From: Desulfonauticus sp.
GTDB lineage: Bacteria; Desulfobacterota; Desulfovibrionia; Desulfovibrionales; Desulfonatronovibrionaceae
NCBI GenBank assembly: GCA_030950395.1
Contig: JAUZRP010000012.1
Coordinates: 1,048 to 65,047, forward strand
DNA: 64,000 nt
Direction of reading: 5' to 3'
Shown: positions 1 to 9,449 of the stretch, piece after piece
Numbering within the stretch: position 1 is the first letter of the stretch
Layout of the letters: each line of letters begins with the position of its first letter
The notes under the pieces: model-generated
The model's input: the letters and a program-made list of their open reading frames with translations, nothing else
Told to the model about the DNA's origin: nothing
Databases searched by the model: none
Translations under genes and position numbers: made by a program

Positions 1-114
1 GTAAAAGCAGACATAAAATTAAATAATGTTTTATTGTTAATAGGCCTAACCCTTTTTGCTTTAGCTATTTTTAATTCTGATTTTGTAAACATTATAGAAA
101 AAATATTTAAATAA
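1..114 (+). CDS. 3' end of an upstream ORF (partial, hydrophobic C-terminus)
   Basis: Frame 1 is open from the window edge to TAA at 112-114 (...LLLIGLTLFALAIFNSDFVNIIEKIFK*). Only 37 codons are visible, so no family call is possible. Confidence 0.3.
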   Translation, partial: VKADIKLNNVLLLIGLTLFALAIFNSDFVNIIEKIFK

Positions 115-157
115 AAATATATTTTTGACTCAAAGAGTAAAAAAAAGGAGTAGCTTT

Positions 158-565
158 ATGTTAGATGATGTTTCTCATCTTAAACTTCTGGGTAAAAGTA
201 AAACCCAATACCCCTCAAAAGTAAGTCCAGACTTACTGGAAACTTTTCCCAACAAATTTCCTGATAGAGATTATTGGATAACTATGGTAAGTGACGAATT
301 TACTTCTTTGTGCCCTATGACTGGTCAGCCTGACTATGGCAGCATTGAGATCAAATATCGTCCGGATAAAAAATGTATAGAGTCTAAATCCTTAAAATTT
401 TATTTATTTAGTTACCGTCAAGAACCTACCTTTATGGAAACAGTGGTTAATCGTATTTTAACTGATTTAGTAAAAGCCTGTGAACCAAAAGAAATGATTG
501 TTAAAGGACGTTTTAAGCCCAGAGGTGGAATCGTTATAGAAGTAGAAACCCATTACAATAAATAA
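158..565 (+). CDS. queF: NADPH-dependent 7-cyano-7-deazaguanine reductase (QueF, type I)
   Basis: Catalytic-Cys region SLCPMTGQPDYGSIEIKY and the QueF motif ESKSLKFYLFSYR. The track ORF starts at TTG 125, but the in-frame ATG at 158 has an AAGGAG RBS at 145-150. Confidence 0.85.
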   Translation: MLDDVSHLKLLGKSKTQYPSKVSPDLLETFPNKFPDRDYWITMVSDEFTSLCPMTGQPDYGSIEIKYRPDKKCIESKSLKFYLFSYRQEPTFMETVVNRILTDLVKACEPKEMIVKGRFKPRGGIVIEVETHYNK

Positions 566-595
566 ATCTGTTATTTTAATTTTAGGAGTAGAGCC

Positions 596-1240
596 GTGAA
601 AACTAAATTTATTTTTTGTTTAGAGCTATTGCTTATTTTAATAGGAGCTAAATACGGTCTGGCTTTAGATGTTTTAGATAAAATGCAACAAAAATACGAA
701 CAAATTAATAGTTTTGCAACAAACTTTTATCAGACCTTAACCAATGCAGCCACCAGAGAGCAGGACTTGAGAAAAGGAAAAATTTATTATAAAAAACCAG
801 GCTTGGTTCTCTGGCAAGTTTTAGCTCCAGAAAAAGAAAAACTAATTTTAGGAGAAAACATCGTCTGGGACTATTTCCCAGAGGAAAATATTGCCTATAA
901 GTATAGTAGAAAACAAATTCTAACCTCTAAAACTATGCTAAAATTTATTTCAGGTAAAGCTAATATAAAAGAAGATTTTATTCCAGAATTTCAAGGAGAA
1001 CAAAAGGACGGCTTAAAATTTAAACTCGTACCAAAAAAACCAGAGCCCAATCTTGTGTTGGCTTACATCTGGGTAGATAAAAAAAGTTTTTTATTAAACA
1101 GAATACTGTTGATAGATTTCTTTGGCAATGGTAATGAACTCTCGCTCACCAATACCAGAATAAATATTCCCTTAAAAAATAAACTTTTTTACTTTCATCC
1201 CAATAAAGGAGTAGAAATACAAGACAACAGTAAAAAATAG
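596..1240 (+). CDS. LolA-like outer-membrane lipoprotein carrier protein
   Basis: N-terminal signal peptide (MKTKFIFCLELLLILIGAKYGLA). Size and the pattern KGKIYYKKPGLVLWQV...KLILGENIVWDYFPEEN are typical of the LolA family. GTG start. Confidence 0.65.
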   Translation: MKTKFIFCLELLLILIGAKYGLALDVLDKMQQKYEQINSFATNFYQTLTNAATREQDLRKGKIYYKKPGLVLWQVLAPEKEKLILGENIVWDYFPEENIAYKYSRKQILTSKTMLKFISGKANIKEDFIPEFQGEQKDGLKFKLVPKKPEPNLVLAYIWVDKKSFLLNRILLIDFFGNGNELSLTNTRINIPLKNKLFYFHPNKGVEIQDNSKK

Positions 1241-1251
1241 GGGGATAAGCT

Positions 1252-1425
1252 GTGGTCATTGTTGTAACAAACTGCAAAGATTGTCCTTTTTGCACTGTCC
1301 TGAAAAATGAAGAAAAATTTTGCAATGTTACTTACCCTGTAAAAAGAAAAATAGAAACCCAAAACTCTTGTCCCATTTGGTGTCCCTTAAAAAAAGAACA
1401 AATTATTGTGCGAAATTTTGTTTAG
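1252..1425 (+). CDS. small Cys-rich protein (57 aa), not in the ORF track (below its size cut-off)
   Basis: GTG at 1252 follows GGGGGA. Translation is VVIVVTNCKDCPFCTVLKNEEKFCNVTYPVKRKIETQNSCPIWCPLKKEQIIVRNFV*. It carries CxxCxxC plus CxxxCP spacing and fills an otherwise empty 190-bp gap. Confidence 0.35.
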   Translation: MVIVVTNCKDCPFCTVLKNEEKFCNVTYPVKRKIETQNSCPIWCPLKKEQIIVRNFV

Positions 1426-1433
1426 ATCTCTTT

Positions 1434-2162
1434 TCACCTAAGGCCCAAAGAGGTGTACAGGCATTTTATTTCTTTAGAAGATAAAAAACGATATTGCCCT
1501 GGTTTCGTGTTTAACAGCCTGATATTTCCCATCTGGATCCGTTTTAATTTCAAAATAGTAAGTTCAAGATCCCTACACATTCTTCTAATTTGCCTATTTA
1601 AACCTTGTTTTATGGTAATTTCAAACACAGTTAAATCCTCTTTGTGTTCCAGGATGTTGATTTGAGCAGGCAATACCCTATCCCCTTCTTGCAAAATCAT
1701 TCCCTGCTCCATTACTCTAAGTTTAGTTCTAATCTGTTTTCCTTTCACTGTTACTTGATAAACTTTTTTTACTTTATAGCGAGGATGAGTTAGCCTATAA
1801 CACAATTCTCCATCAGTGGTTAAAAGCAAAAGCCCTTCTGAAAAATAATCCAACCTTCCCACCGGAAAAGGCCTTTGTTTTTTTATGGAGGCAGGTAAAA
1901 GATCATAAACGGTTTTGCGTTGTTGAGGGTCTTTTAAGGTGGTAACAACTTCTATAGGTTTGTTTAAAACGATGTGGCAATGCCTTGTTTGTAAATGTAT
2001 TTTCTGGTCATTTACATATACCTGATCCTGCTCTGGTTTAACTTGAAAATAAGGCTCTTTTACAACCTGATGATTGACTTTTACCTTTCCTGCAGTAATC
2101 AACTCTTCTGCTTTTCTCCTAGAACTAAAGCCACTTCTGGCAATAAATTTATTTAAACGCAT
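1434..2162 (-). CDS. RsuA/RluB-family pseudouridine synthase with N-terminal S4 domain
   Basis: S4 motif MRLNKFIARSGFSSRRKAEELI and catalytic motif VGRLDYFSEGLLLLTTDGEL. Confidence 0.85.
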   Translation of the reverse strand: MRLNKFIARSGFSSRRKAEELITAGKVKVNHQVVKEPYFQVKPEQDQVYVNDQKIHLQTRHCHIVLNKPIEVVTTLKDPQQRKTVYDLLPASIKKQRPFPVGRLDYFSEGLLLLTTDGELCYRLTHPRYKVKKVYQVTVKGKQIRTKLRVMEQGMILQEGDRVLPAQINILEHKEDLTVFEITIKQGLNRQIRRMCRDLELTILKLKRIQMGNIRLLNTKPGQYRFLSSKEIKCLYTSLGLR

Positions 2163-2924
2163 CTATTTTAATTCTGACTGAGCTTTTATTTTTAGATACA
2201 AATCACCCTGCCACGCCCCTAACTTGCGTCCAAGTTTTTTTAATCTAATAGTTTGTCCTGGTTTATAACCAGGCGGAATAGTTAGCTCTATTTGTTTATT
2301 TGGGCCAAATTTTTGCCCAATGTTTACTTTTATCTTGGTACCTGGCTTAATTTTATAGGCTGGTATATATATTTCGTGTTCATAATCAAGCTGAGAATGC
2401 CACCAGGAAAAAATTTGTTGTTTTATTTGCTGCAAATAACGAAGCGGAGTTGACCTTTTTTTATTTTGAACCCGATTAAATATATCTTCAAAAACCTGTC
2501 TGGCAAACGGATCTTCCAATATCTGTTGCAATATCTCTTCTTGACTTGCATAAAAGTGCTTCCTGTAAGTATCTCTAGTTGAAGAATATCTTGGTTCTCG
2601 TTTATTGGACCTATAAAAAGATTGTTGACTTTGTCTGGCATAGGTTTGTTTGGCCTGAGTTCTACTAAAAGACGTGGTGTTATCTTTTTTAGATCCTTTA
2701 TTAAAATTTTGAGTTTTTTGGCTAGCAGATCTTGAGTGTAGGTGTTGTTTTAAGGTAACATAGGCGATGTTTATTTCTTGAAATTTTCTGGTGGCGTCAG
2801 GATCAGCAGTATTTAAATCTGGATGGTATTTAAAAGCCAAACGGCGATAATTTCTTTTTAGATCCTCTAAAGTTGCTTGAGGACTTAGCTCTAAAATTTG
2901 GAAGTAAGCATCCAGTTTACTCAT
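2163..2924 (-). CDS. J-domain (DnaJ-like) protein
   Basis: J-domain YFQILELSPQATLEDLKRNYRRLAFKYHPDLN with the HPD tripeptide. The C-terminus resembles the DnaJ/CbpA C-terminal beta domain. Confidence 0.8.
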   Translation of the reverse strand: MSKLDAYFQILELSPQATLEDLKRNYRRLAFKYHPDLNTADPDATRKFQEINIAYVTLKQHLHSRSASQKTQNFNKGSKKDNTTSFSRTQAKQTYARQSQQSFYRSNKREPRYSSTRDTYRKHFYASQEEILQQILEDPFARQVFEDIFNRVQNKKRSTPLRYLQQIKQQIFSWWHSQLDYEHEIYIPAYKIKPGTKIKVNIGQKFGPNKQIELTIPPGYKPGQTIRLKKLGRKLGAWQGDLYLKIKAQSELK

Positions 2925-3372
2925 TGTTTTTTATTAGATCCCACACCTGTAAAGCACTTGGTCCTGTTTTTAAGTTACAAATCAGGTCATTTTGCTGCAA
3001 GTACTGCAGGCCAAATTGTCTAAATTCTTTTAAGGATACGTTTTTGTTAATCCCAGGACAATAAGTCTTGGCCATTTCAAGCGCGGCTTCATCTATCAAA
3101 TTTCCTCTAAAAAAAGGCCAGGCAGCACAAACTTTAGGTTTGACAGGGTGAATAGAGCAACCTTTGTCTGGCTCAAAAAATACACACAAATTGCCCTTTG
3201 TCTTTATGGACTTTTTATCATTAGAGTCCACTAAATAAATCTGTTGGAACTTTTGCACAGATAGACCTAAAAAGTCAGCAATCTTTTCTTGTTCTTCTAA
3301 AGTAACAATAATGCCTCCCTCACCTTCACAACAATGACCACACCTCTGACAATTAAAAACTTGATCCTTCAT
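2917..3372 (-). CDS. YkgJ-family Zn/Fe-chelating cysteine-cluster protein
   Basis: N-terminal CQRCGHCCEGEGG (CxxCxxCC) plus later conserved Cys residues. Overlaps the downstream J-protein gene by 8 nt. Confidence 0.7.
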   Translation of the reverse strand: MKDQVFNCQRCGHCCEGEGGIIVTLEEQEKIADFLGLSVQKFQQIYLVDSNDKKSIKTKGNLCVFFEPDKGCSIHPVKPKVCAAWPFFRGNLIDEAALEMAKTYCPGINKNVSLKEFRQFGLQYLQQNDLICNLKTGPSALQVWDLIKNNE

Positions 3373-3508
3373 GTTTTTTATTTTTTAAGTAAATTATTGT
3401 GTTAACGTTAGTCCTAAACCCGCTAACATAGAGCCCAACCATGCTTATAAAATTTTTATTCTACAGAGCCCAGAAAGTCAATTTGTAGTTGGAATGCAAA
3501 GAAAAAAA

Positions 3509-3537
3509 TTGACGATAATTTAAGTAAGGCCTAAATT
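3509..3537 (+). promoter_or_regulatory. sigma70-like promoter candidate (TTGACG-N17-TAAATT) preceded by an A-tract
   Basis: TTGACG at 3509-3514 and TAAATT at 3532-3537, about 50 nt upstream of the RBS-supported ATG at 3587. Confidence 0.35.
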
Positions 3538-3586
3538 TTAGGTCAATTTTATGATTCAACCAGATCAAATTGTCCAAGGAGAAGAT

Positions 3587-4621
3587 ATGTCCCGTATTAC
3601 AGTGTCTGAAGCTCTTGAGTTGTGGAATGATGCCAATTTATTTGAGCTGGGTCAAAAGGCTCATGCCTTTCGTTTTCAACTCCATCCAGAGCCAATAGTA
3701 ACTTATATAGTTGATAGAAATATAAATTATACCAATATCTGCATTTCCGGCTGCAAATTTTGCGCTTTTTATGCTCCTCCTGGCTCCCAAAAAGGGTATG
3801 TTTTAAGTTTGGAACAATTAAGTAAAAAGGTAGAAGAAACTATCAAATTGGGAGGATATCAAATTTTACTCCAGGGTGGTATGCATCCAGACTTAGATCT
3901 AAATTTTTACGAAAATATGCTGAAATTTTTGAAAAAAAATTATCCTCAAGTAGCAATTCACGGTTTTTCACCACCAGAAATTAGTTTTTTATCCCAAAAA
4001 CACAACTTAAGCATTAAAGACGTACTCAAAAAATTAATAGACGCTGGTCTTGATTCTATACCAGGAGGAGGAGCTGAAATTCTGGTGGATAACATTAGGC
4101 AGCGTATTTCTCCCCGAAAATGTGATGCCAGTACATGGCTTAAAGTAATGGAACAAGCCCACCTGCTGGGTTTAAAAACAACTGCAACTATGATGTTTGG
4201 ACATATAGAAACCATTGAAGATAGGCTGGAACATTTGCAAAAAATAAGAGAACTTCAAGACAAAACAGGAGGTTTTACAGCCTTCATTCCCTGGACCTTT
4301 CAACCTCGAAACACTTTAATATCTACAGAAGAAGTGTCCTCTGTAGAATATCTAAAATTTTTGGCCCTAAGTCGTTTGTTTTTAGACAATATTGCCAACA
4401 TTCAAGCCTCGTGGGTAACTCAAGGACCAAAAGTAGGACAAATGGCTTTGTTCTGGGGAGCCAATGATTTTGGCTCCACTATGATCGAAGAAAACGTAGT
4501 CAAAGCTACAGGGGTTAGTTTTCGTTTACCTGAAGACAAAATCAGAGAAATTATTTCCAGAGCAGGGTTTATCCCCAAAAAAAGACTCATGGACTATACC
4601 CTCATAGAAGGAGAAAAATAA
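3587..4621 (+). CDS. menaquinone (futalosine pathway) radical-SAM enzyme, MqnC/MqnE family
   Basis: Radical-SAM cluster NINYTNICISGCKFCAF, then GGAEIL and the TGGFTAFIPWTFQP region typical of MqnC/MqnE/CofH. ATG 3587 has AAGGAG at 3576-3581; the track start at 3551 has no RBS. Confidence 0.75.
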   Translation: MSRITVSEALELWNDANLFELGQKAHAFRFQLHPEPIVTYIVDRNINYTNICISGCKFCAFYAPPGSQKGYVLSLEQLSKKVEETIKLGGYQILLQGGMHPDLDLNFYENMLKFLKKNYPQVAIHGFSPPEISFLSQKHNLSIKDVLKKLIDAGLDSIPGGGAEILVDNIRQRISPRKCDASTWLKVMEQAHLLGLKTTATMMFGHIETIEDRLEHLQKIRELQDKTGGFTAFIPWTFQPRNTLISTEEVSSVEYLKFLALSRLFLDNIANIQASWVTQGPKVGQMALFWGANDFGSTMIEENVVKATGVSFRLPEDKIREIISRAGFIPKKRLMDYTLIEGEK

Positions 4622-4623
4622 AA

Positions 4624-5838
4624 ATGGACAACAACTTATTTATTCCAAGATCGGAATTAGAGTTGAGATGGAACAAGTTGAGACAAAAATGGCAAGAACT
4701 CAAGTTTGACAGTGAAGGGATTTTTATCTTTTCTCGTCCCATTATTTATTATTTTACTGGCACCTGGGCCAATGGACTATTGTTTTGTCCTTATGAGGGA
4801 GAGCCTGTCTTAATGTGCCGCAGAGGTGTGGAGCGGGCAAAACAGGAATCATCCCTAAAAAACATCTGTTATTTTTACTCTTTTAGTGAGTTAGAAGGTA
4901 TTTTAAAAGATTACGGTTATAAACTCTCCAATCCAATTGGGGTAAATCAGAAAGGATTAAGCTGGGATTTAGCCAATTTATTCCAAACCAAGTTGAAAGA
5001 CAAACAATTTATTAGTGCAGATAATCTGCTCGCTTTGACCAGAGCCGTAAAAACAGAATACGAACTCTATTATCTCAAGGAAGCAGGCGCAAGGCACAAT
5101 AAAGGATTGACTCAATTATTACCAGAGCAAATTTATCCAGGTTTAAGTGAATATGAAATTGCTGTAAAAGTTTGGGAGGTATTTTTTTCTTTAGAACATT
5201 GTGGCATGATGCGCATGCAAGCTTGTGGAGAAGAAATATTTCTCGGACATATTGCTGCTGGAGATAGTGGCGTCTATGGCAGTGCTTTTAATGGACCATT
5301 GTGTCTTAGAGGCGTACACCCTCTTGTGCCTCATATGGGATCACCCAATAAAATCTGGCAAAAAAACGAACCCTTGAGTATTGACGTTGGTTTTGGATAT
5401 AAAGGGTATCATACAGACAAAACCCAAGTCTATTTTTCTAAAGATTATACACCAGATAAAAAATTTTTAGATGCTCAAAAATGTTGCCAGGACATTCAAG
5501 AACTTGCCAGACAAATGCTTCGTCCGGGTGTTTTACCCGAAGAAATTTATTTTAACGCTATAGAATTTGCTAAAAAAGCTGGTTTTGAACAGGGGTTTAT
5601 GGGACTACAAGAAAACAAAGTGCGGTTTGTAGGACATGGTATTGGACTATTTATCGACGAATTTCCAGCTCTGGCAGCTAAAGTAAAAATTCCTTTAGAA
5701 AAAAATATGGTTATAGCTTTAGAGCCTAAAATTGGATTTCCCCATTGGGGCATGATAGGTGTAGAAAATACTTTTGTGGTTACAGAACAAGGAGGTATCT
5801 GTTTGACCGGAGAAAATTTTGACCCTATTTATGTATAA
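4624..5838 (+). CDS. M24-family Xaa-Pro peptidase / creatinase-like protein
   Basis: C-terminal pita-bread fold motifs: DVGFGYKGYHTDKT, VGHGIGLFIDEFP, LEPK, VENT. Confidence 0.8.
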   Translation: MDNNLFIPRSELELRWNKLRQKWQELKFDSEGIFIFSRPIIYYFTGTWANGLLFCPYEGEPVLMCRRGVERAKQESSLKNICYFYSFSELEGILKDYGYKLSNPIGVNQKGLSWDLANLFQTKLKDKQFISADNLLALTRAVKTEYELYYLKEAGARHNKGLTQLLPEQIYPGLSEYEIAVKVWEVFFSLEHCGMMRMQACGEEIFLGHIAAGDSGVYGSAFNGPLCLRGVHPLVPHMGSPNKIWQKNEPLSIDVGFGYKGYHTDKTQVYFSKDYTPDKKFLDAQKCCQDIQELARQMLRPGVLPEEIYFNAIEFAKKAGFEQGFMGLQENKVRFVGHGIGLFIDEFPALAAKVKIPLEKNMVIALEPKIGFPHWGMIGVENTFVVTEQGGICLTGENFDPIYV

Positions 5839-5856
5839 AAAATAAAAAAATAGCTA

Positions 5857-5892
5857 ATCTTACGGGCAGGCCAACTGACCTGCCCGTAAGAT
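5857..5892. terminator. bidirectional intrinsic terminator between convergent genes
   Basis: Perfect 14-bp stem ATCTTACGGGCAGG / CCTGCCCGTAAGAT with an 8-nt loop. It is flanked by A-rich sequence on the left and a T-run on the right. Confidence 0.75.
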
Positions 5893-5899
5893 CTAATTT

Positions 5900-6823
5900 T
5901 TAGCCAGCAAATGCCTTTTCAAAATTGGGAACTACCTGTTTTTTACGGCTCATAACACCATCTAACCAAACAGATCTTCCCTCTACTGCCTTACCAAAAG
6001 CCTTTTCTACTACAGAAGGATCGTCAGCCACGACTAAAAGCTCTGTGCCTTCTTTCATAATATCGGTCAACATCAAAAAGATAGCTACAGCGCCTTTTTC
6101 TTGTTTTACCTTTTGCATTTCTTCATACAAAGCATCTTTTACAGGATCCAAAATAGCCAGATCTACTACTTCTAATTGTCCAATCCCCACTTTATTGCCA
6201 CTCATGTCAAAATCTTTGTAATCGCGGAACAAGAGATCCCTAATAGGAGTTCCTTCCACAGCAGATTTTACCTTAAACATCTCCATGCCCAAAGCTTTTA
6301 GATCGTCAACACCTGCAATTTTAGCCAGAGCTTCGGCAGCTTCTTTATCTTTGTCAGTGCAGGTAGCAGACTTAAAGATAACAGTGTCACTTAAAATAGC
6401 ACAGAGCATAATCCCAGCAATGTTTTTAGGAATTTCTACTCCAAAAAAATCGTACATGCTTTTAATTACAGTACAGGTACAGCCCACAGGCCAAATCCAA
6501 CATTCTAAAGGATTGGGGGTAGTAACGTCGCCCAATTTGTGGTGATCTACGATGCCTAAAATTTCTCCTTCTTTTAAATCATCCAAACTCTGGGCAAGGT
6601 CAGAATGATCTACCAGGATAAGTTGTTTACCCTTAGCAGAATCAATAAATTCTGGAGCATCTACTCCAAATTTGTCCAACACAAACTTACTCTCTGGATT
6701 TAACTCTCCCTGCATAGCAGGTTTGGCCTCTAGGCCAAGTTTAGTTTTTAAATCAGCTACAGCAATAGCTGCACATACAGAATCTGTATCAGGATTTTTG
6801 TGCCCATAAACGTAAACAGCCAT
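5900..6823 (-). CDS. ppaC: manganese-dependent inorganic pyrophosphatase (family II, DHH)
   Basis: MAVYVYGHKNPDTDSVCAAIA (DxD), VDHSD, VDHHKLGD (DHH) and a DHHA2-type C-terminus. Confidence 0.9.
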   Translation of the reverse strand: MAVYVYGHKNPDTDSVCAAIAVADLKTKLGLEAKPAMQGELNPESKFVLDKFGVDAPEFIDSAKGKQLILVDHSDLAQSLDDLKEGEILGIVDHHKLGDVTTPNPLECWIWPVGCTCTVIKSMYDFFGVEIPKNIAGIMLCAILSDTVIFKSATCTDKDKEAAEALAKIAGVDDLKALGMEMFKVKSAVEGTPIRDLLFRDYKDFDMSGNKVGIGQLEVVDLAILDPVKDALYEEMQKVKQEKGAVAIFLMLTDIMKEGTELLVVADDPSVVEKAFGKAVEGRSVWLDGVMSRKKQVVPNFEKAFAG

Positions 6824-7066
6824 AACAACCTCCTTATTTTTTCTTGGTCAAAAAAATCTTGTGCAAAATAGCACAAAGTATTTTTCTTGCCAAGTAAAAA
6901 AATGTTCTGATTACACCTAAATTAGTGGTAATGAAAAGATAGGAAACAGTAAATACAGAAACTAAAACAAGCTAGAGGTAAAAAAAATTTTTTTGGGGCC
7001 TAAAAAATCTATTGTGCCCTTTTAGACAACAGCTCATTTTTTTATAATTTTTTAGGTAAAAAAAAT

Positions 7067-7094
7067 TAAAGTTTTAAAAAAAAATTGACGATAA
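7067..7094 (+). promoter_or_regulatory. sigma28 (FliA)-like promoter candidate upstream of flaG
   Basis: TAAA(GTTTT)-N16-GACGATAA compared with the consensus TAAA-N15-GCCGATAA. It lies 210 nt upstream of the flaG ATG, so the assignment is tentative. Confidence 0.3.
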
Positions 7095-7303
7095 AGAAGT
7101 TAAGAGAGAAAAAAATACCTCAATTGTTTATTAGTTGTTCAGGAAATTAACAGATGCAAAGATTATTTTTAACAGTTAAACACAAGTTGAATAATTTTTT
7201 TTAATAAATTAAGATAGTGACAATTTGACGACTTAATCAAAAAAATACAATTTTTTTAAAAAAGGAACTGCTTCGAATTAAACTTCAAAAGTGGAGGCCA
7301 GCA

Positions 7304-7627
7304 ATGAAAGTAATGCCCAGAATAGAACAACAACAAATTATAAATTACTTAAAACACAACCTGGATATAAAACCCAAAGAACATTTAACGCAAGCAAATT
7401 ACAATTTAGATGATATCCAACAGAAGATAAAAAATGTTAACACTCAATTACAAATTCAACCTACAAATCTAAAATTAAAACTAAGCCAAATTAACAACAA
7501 ATTACAAATTCACGTTATAGATACTAAAAATAATCAAATTATCCAGTCTATTCCACCTGATGCTATTTTAAAAATAGAAGAAGCGCTTCAAAATGGAAAA
7601 GGTCTATTTTTAAATAAGAATTTTTAA
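7304..7627 (+). CDS. flaG: FlaG-family flagellar protein
   Basis: Size (107 aa) and the C-terminal pattern LQIHVIDTKNNQIIQSIPPDAILKIEEAL typical of FlaG. Flagellar gene neighbourhood. RBS GGAGG at 7289-7293. Confidence 0.7.
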   Translation: MKVMPRIEQQQIINYLKHNLDIKPKEHLTQANYNLDDIQQKIKNVNTQLQIQPTNLKLKLSQINNKLQIHVIDTKNNQIIQSIPPDAILKIEEALQNGKGLFLNKNF

Positions 7628-7643
7628 CAATTACACTAAAAAA

Positions 7644-7679
7644 ATCCCCTACAAAATTCTCTTTGCAGGGGATTTTTTT
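7644..7679. terminator. intrinsic terminator after flaG (also faces the flgE 3' end)
   Basis: Stem ATCCCCTACAAA / TTTGCAGGGGAT with one mismatch, followed by TTTTTTT. Confidence 0.6.
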
Positions 7680-7709
7680 CGAACAGAAACGAATTTAATT
7701 TTTAATCAA

Positions 7710-9365
7710 CTAACGCTTCATTTGAATCAAAACACTCAACATCCCATCTACTGTAGTAATAGTCTTACTATTGGCCTGAAACCCCTTTTCTGTAGTAATC
7801 ATTTTTACAAATTCTGTTGCCAAATCTACGTTAGATTGTTCCAAAGAATTAGAAGCTATCGTTCCCTTGCCGCCTGTACCTGCTAAACCAGTAAGAGGAG
7901 GACCTGAGGCCCTGGTCTCGGAAAACAAGTTTCCCCCTTCTCTTCTAAGACCATACTTATTGTTAAAATCTGCCAATGTTAAAGCATACAGTTGCAAAAT
8001 CTGCCCATTGGAATATTTACCAGTAATAACACCATCTCTATCCACAGTAATATTTTGTAAAAAACCAGCAGTATATCCATCCTGAGATTGATAAACAGTA
8101 GTAGAGCCAGTACTATAATTAGTCATAGCCAAAGCACTTCTTTCCACGTCCTGAAAGACATTTAAATTGCCAAGTGTAGTGCCAATAAGAGAGGCATTGT
8201 CTGTAGCATCTTCTGTCCCATCAGCTTTATCCCATCCAGCCTCTGTACCTGCTGGAGTCTCACTTAAGTCTTTATTTCTTAAACCAAAATTTAATTCTAT
8301 GTTATTGGCTTCTTCAGAAGTTGTATAATCGGCATTGATCTTACCCAAAAAATTAGCCGTGAAAAGAGGATATCCATTTTGAGAAAACGTAGCCGGGGTC
8401 CACTCCGTCAAATCGGAAGGGTCACTTCCCGCTCCATCATTTAAAGTAAAAGCACTCATATTTTCCAATTCACCAGCAGAATTAAAGGTAAGAGAGCCAA
8501 TCATCAAAACCCCTCTTTTGCTTGTGTCAGTGGCACTACCCCAGAAAGTCCGATTATCTTCATTGGGATGAACAGTGACCATAAATTCCCAGTATTTTTT
8601 ACCACCTGTATCACCAATATTATCTTTTACTGGATCAAAATAAACTGTTAAATCATGAGAAGTACCATTTTCATCATAAACCTTAATAGTACTTTGATAG
8701 GCATACAAACTATCTCCCAACGGAGTTTCCTCATTAGCATCCCAGTTCTTAAACATAGCAAAAAAGGGATCAGTTGCATCAGTGGCATGATCCTCGCTTC
8801 TAGAGTCAAGGTTGGCTATCATATCCACCCTTGAAGTTGCTTCAGGAGGAGATTGAAAATTTTCTAAACGAATGTCTGTAGGAGTGCCTACAATTTTTAC
8901 TCCAGAGTTTTGCTCGACAGTGACATTAGAAGCTGTAGCCGGATTAGAAGTTTTTTCCTGTTGTACCTTCCAACCCTGGACTACGTATCCATGAGGATCT
9001 ACTAAATATCCATCTCTATCAAAACGAAAGTTTCCAGCCCTTGTATAATACTGCACATCTTCTCCTTTAGGAGATACTATAAAAAAACCATTTCCACCTA
9101 TAGCTAAGTCTGTAGATTCATTGGTAGTTTCTAAAGAACCTTGAGAAAAATCTCCATACACAGCGCCAATAGCAGCACCCCTTCCTACCTGTCCTACTCC
9201 ATTGGCAACAGTAATCTCCTGACTTAAAGCATCTTCAAAATACATCCTGGAGGCCTTAAAGCCAACAGTACTAACGTTGGCAATATTATTACCCACTACG
9301 TTCATGCCTTCGCCATGGACCTTAAGTCCACTTGTGCCTGAATATAAAGCTGCTGTAAGTCCCAT
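7710..9365 (-). CDS. flgE: flagellar hook protein FlgE
   Basis: N-terminal rod/hook motif LYSGTSGLKVHGEGMNVVGNNIANVSTVGFK and C-terminal SNVDLATEFVKMITTEKGFQANSK. Confidence 0.9.
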   Translation of the reverse strand: MGLTAALYSGTSGLKVHGEGMNVVGNNIANVSTVGFKASRMYFEDALSQEITVANGVGQVGRGAAIGAVYGDFSQGSLETTNESTDLAIGGNGFFIVSPKGEDVQYYTRAGNFRFDRDGYLVDPHGYVVQGWKVQQEKTSNPATASNVTVEQNSGVKIVGTPTDIRLENFQSPPEATSRVDMIANLDSRSEDHATDATDPFFAMFKNWDANEETPLGDSLYAYQSTIKVYDENGTSHDLTVYFDPVKDNIGDTGGKKYWEFMVTVHPNEDNRTFWGSATDTSKRGVLMIGSLTFNSAGELENMSAFTLNDGAGSDPSDLTEWTPATFSQNGYPLFTANFLGKINADYTTSEEANNIELNFGLRNKDLSETPAGTEAGWDKADGTEDATDNASLIGTTLGNLNVFQDVERSALAMTNYSTGSTTVYQSQDGYTAGFLQNITVDRDGVITGKYSNGQILQLYALTLADFNNKYGLRREGGNLFSETRASGPPLTGLAGTGGKGTIASNSLEQSNVDLATEFVKMITTEKGFQANSKTITTVDGMLSVLIQMKR

Positions 9366-9449
9366 TTTACCTCCTCCTGATGTATTAAATTCTTTTTTTT
9401 ATCATACTAAATTCATTTACTAAACACTGATTTTTTTTGTTAAAATTTA

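Noticed and set aside
5900-6823. The DHH protein at 5.9 kb as part of CRISPR signalling.
   Set aside because: It has a full family II inorganic pyrophosphatase signature (DHH plus DHHA2, 307 aa), sits in a housekeeping context and is 34 kb from the island.
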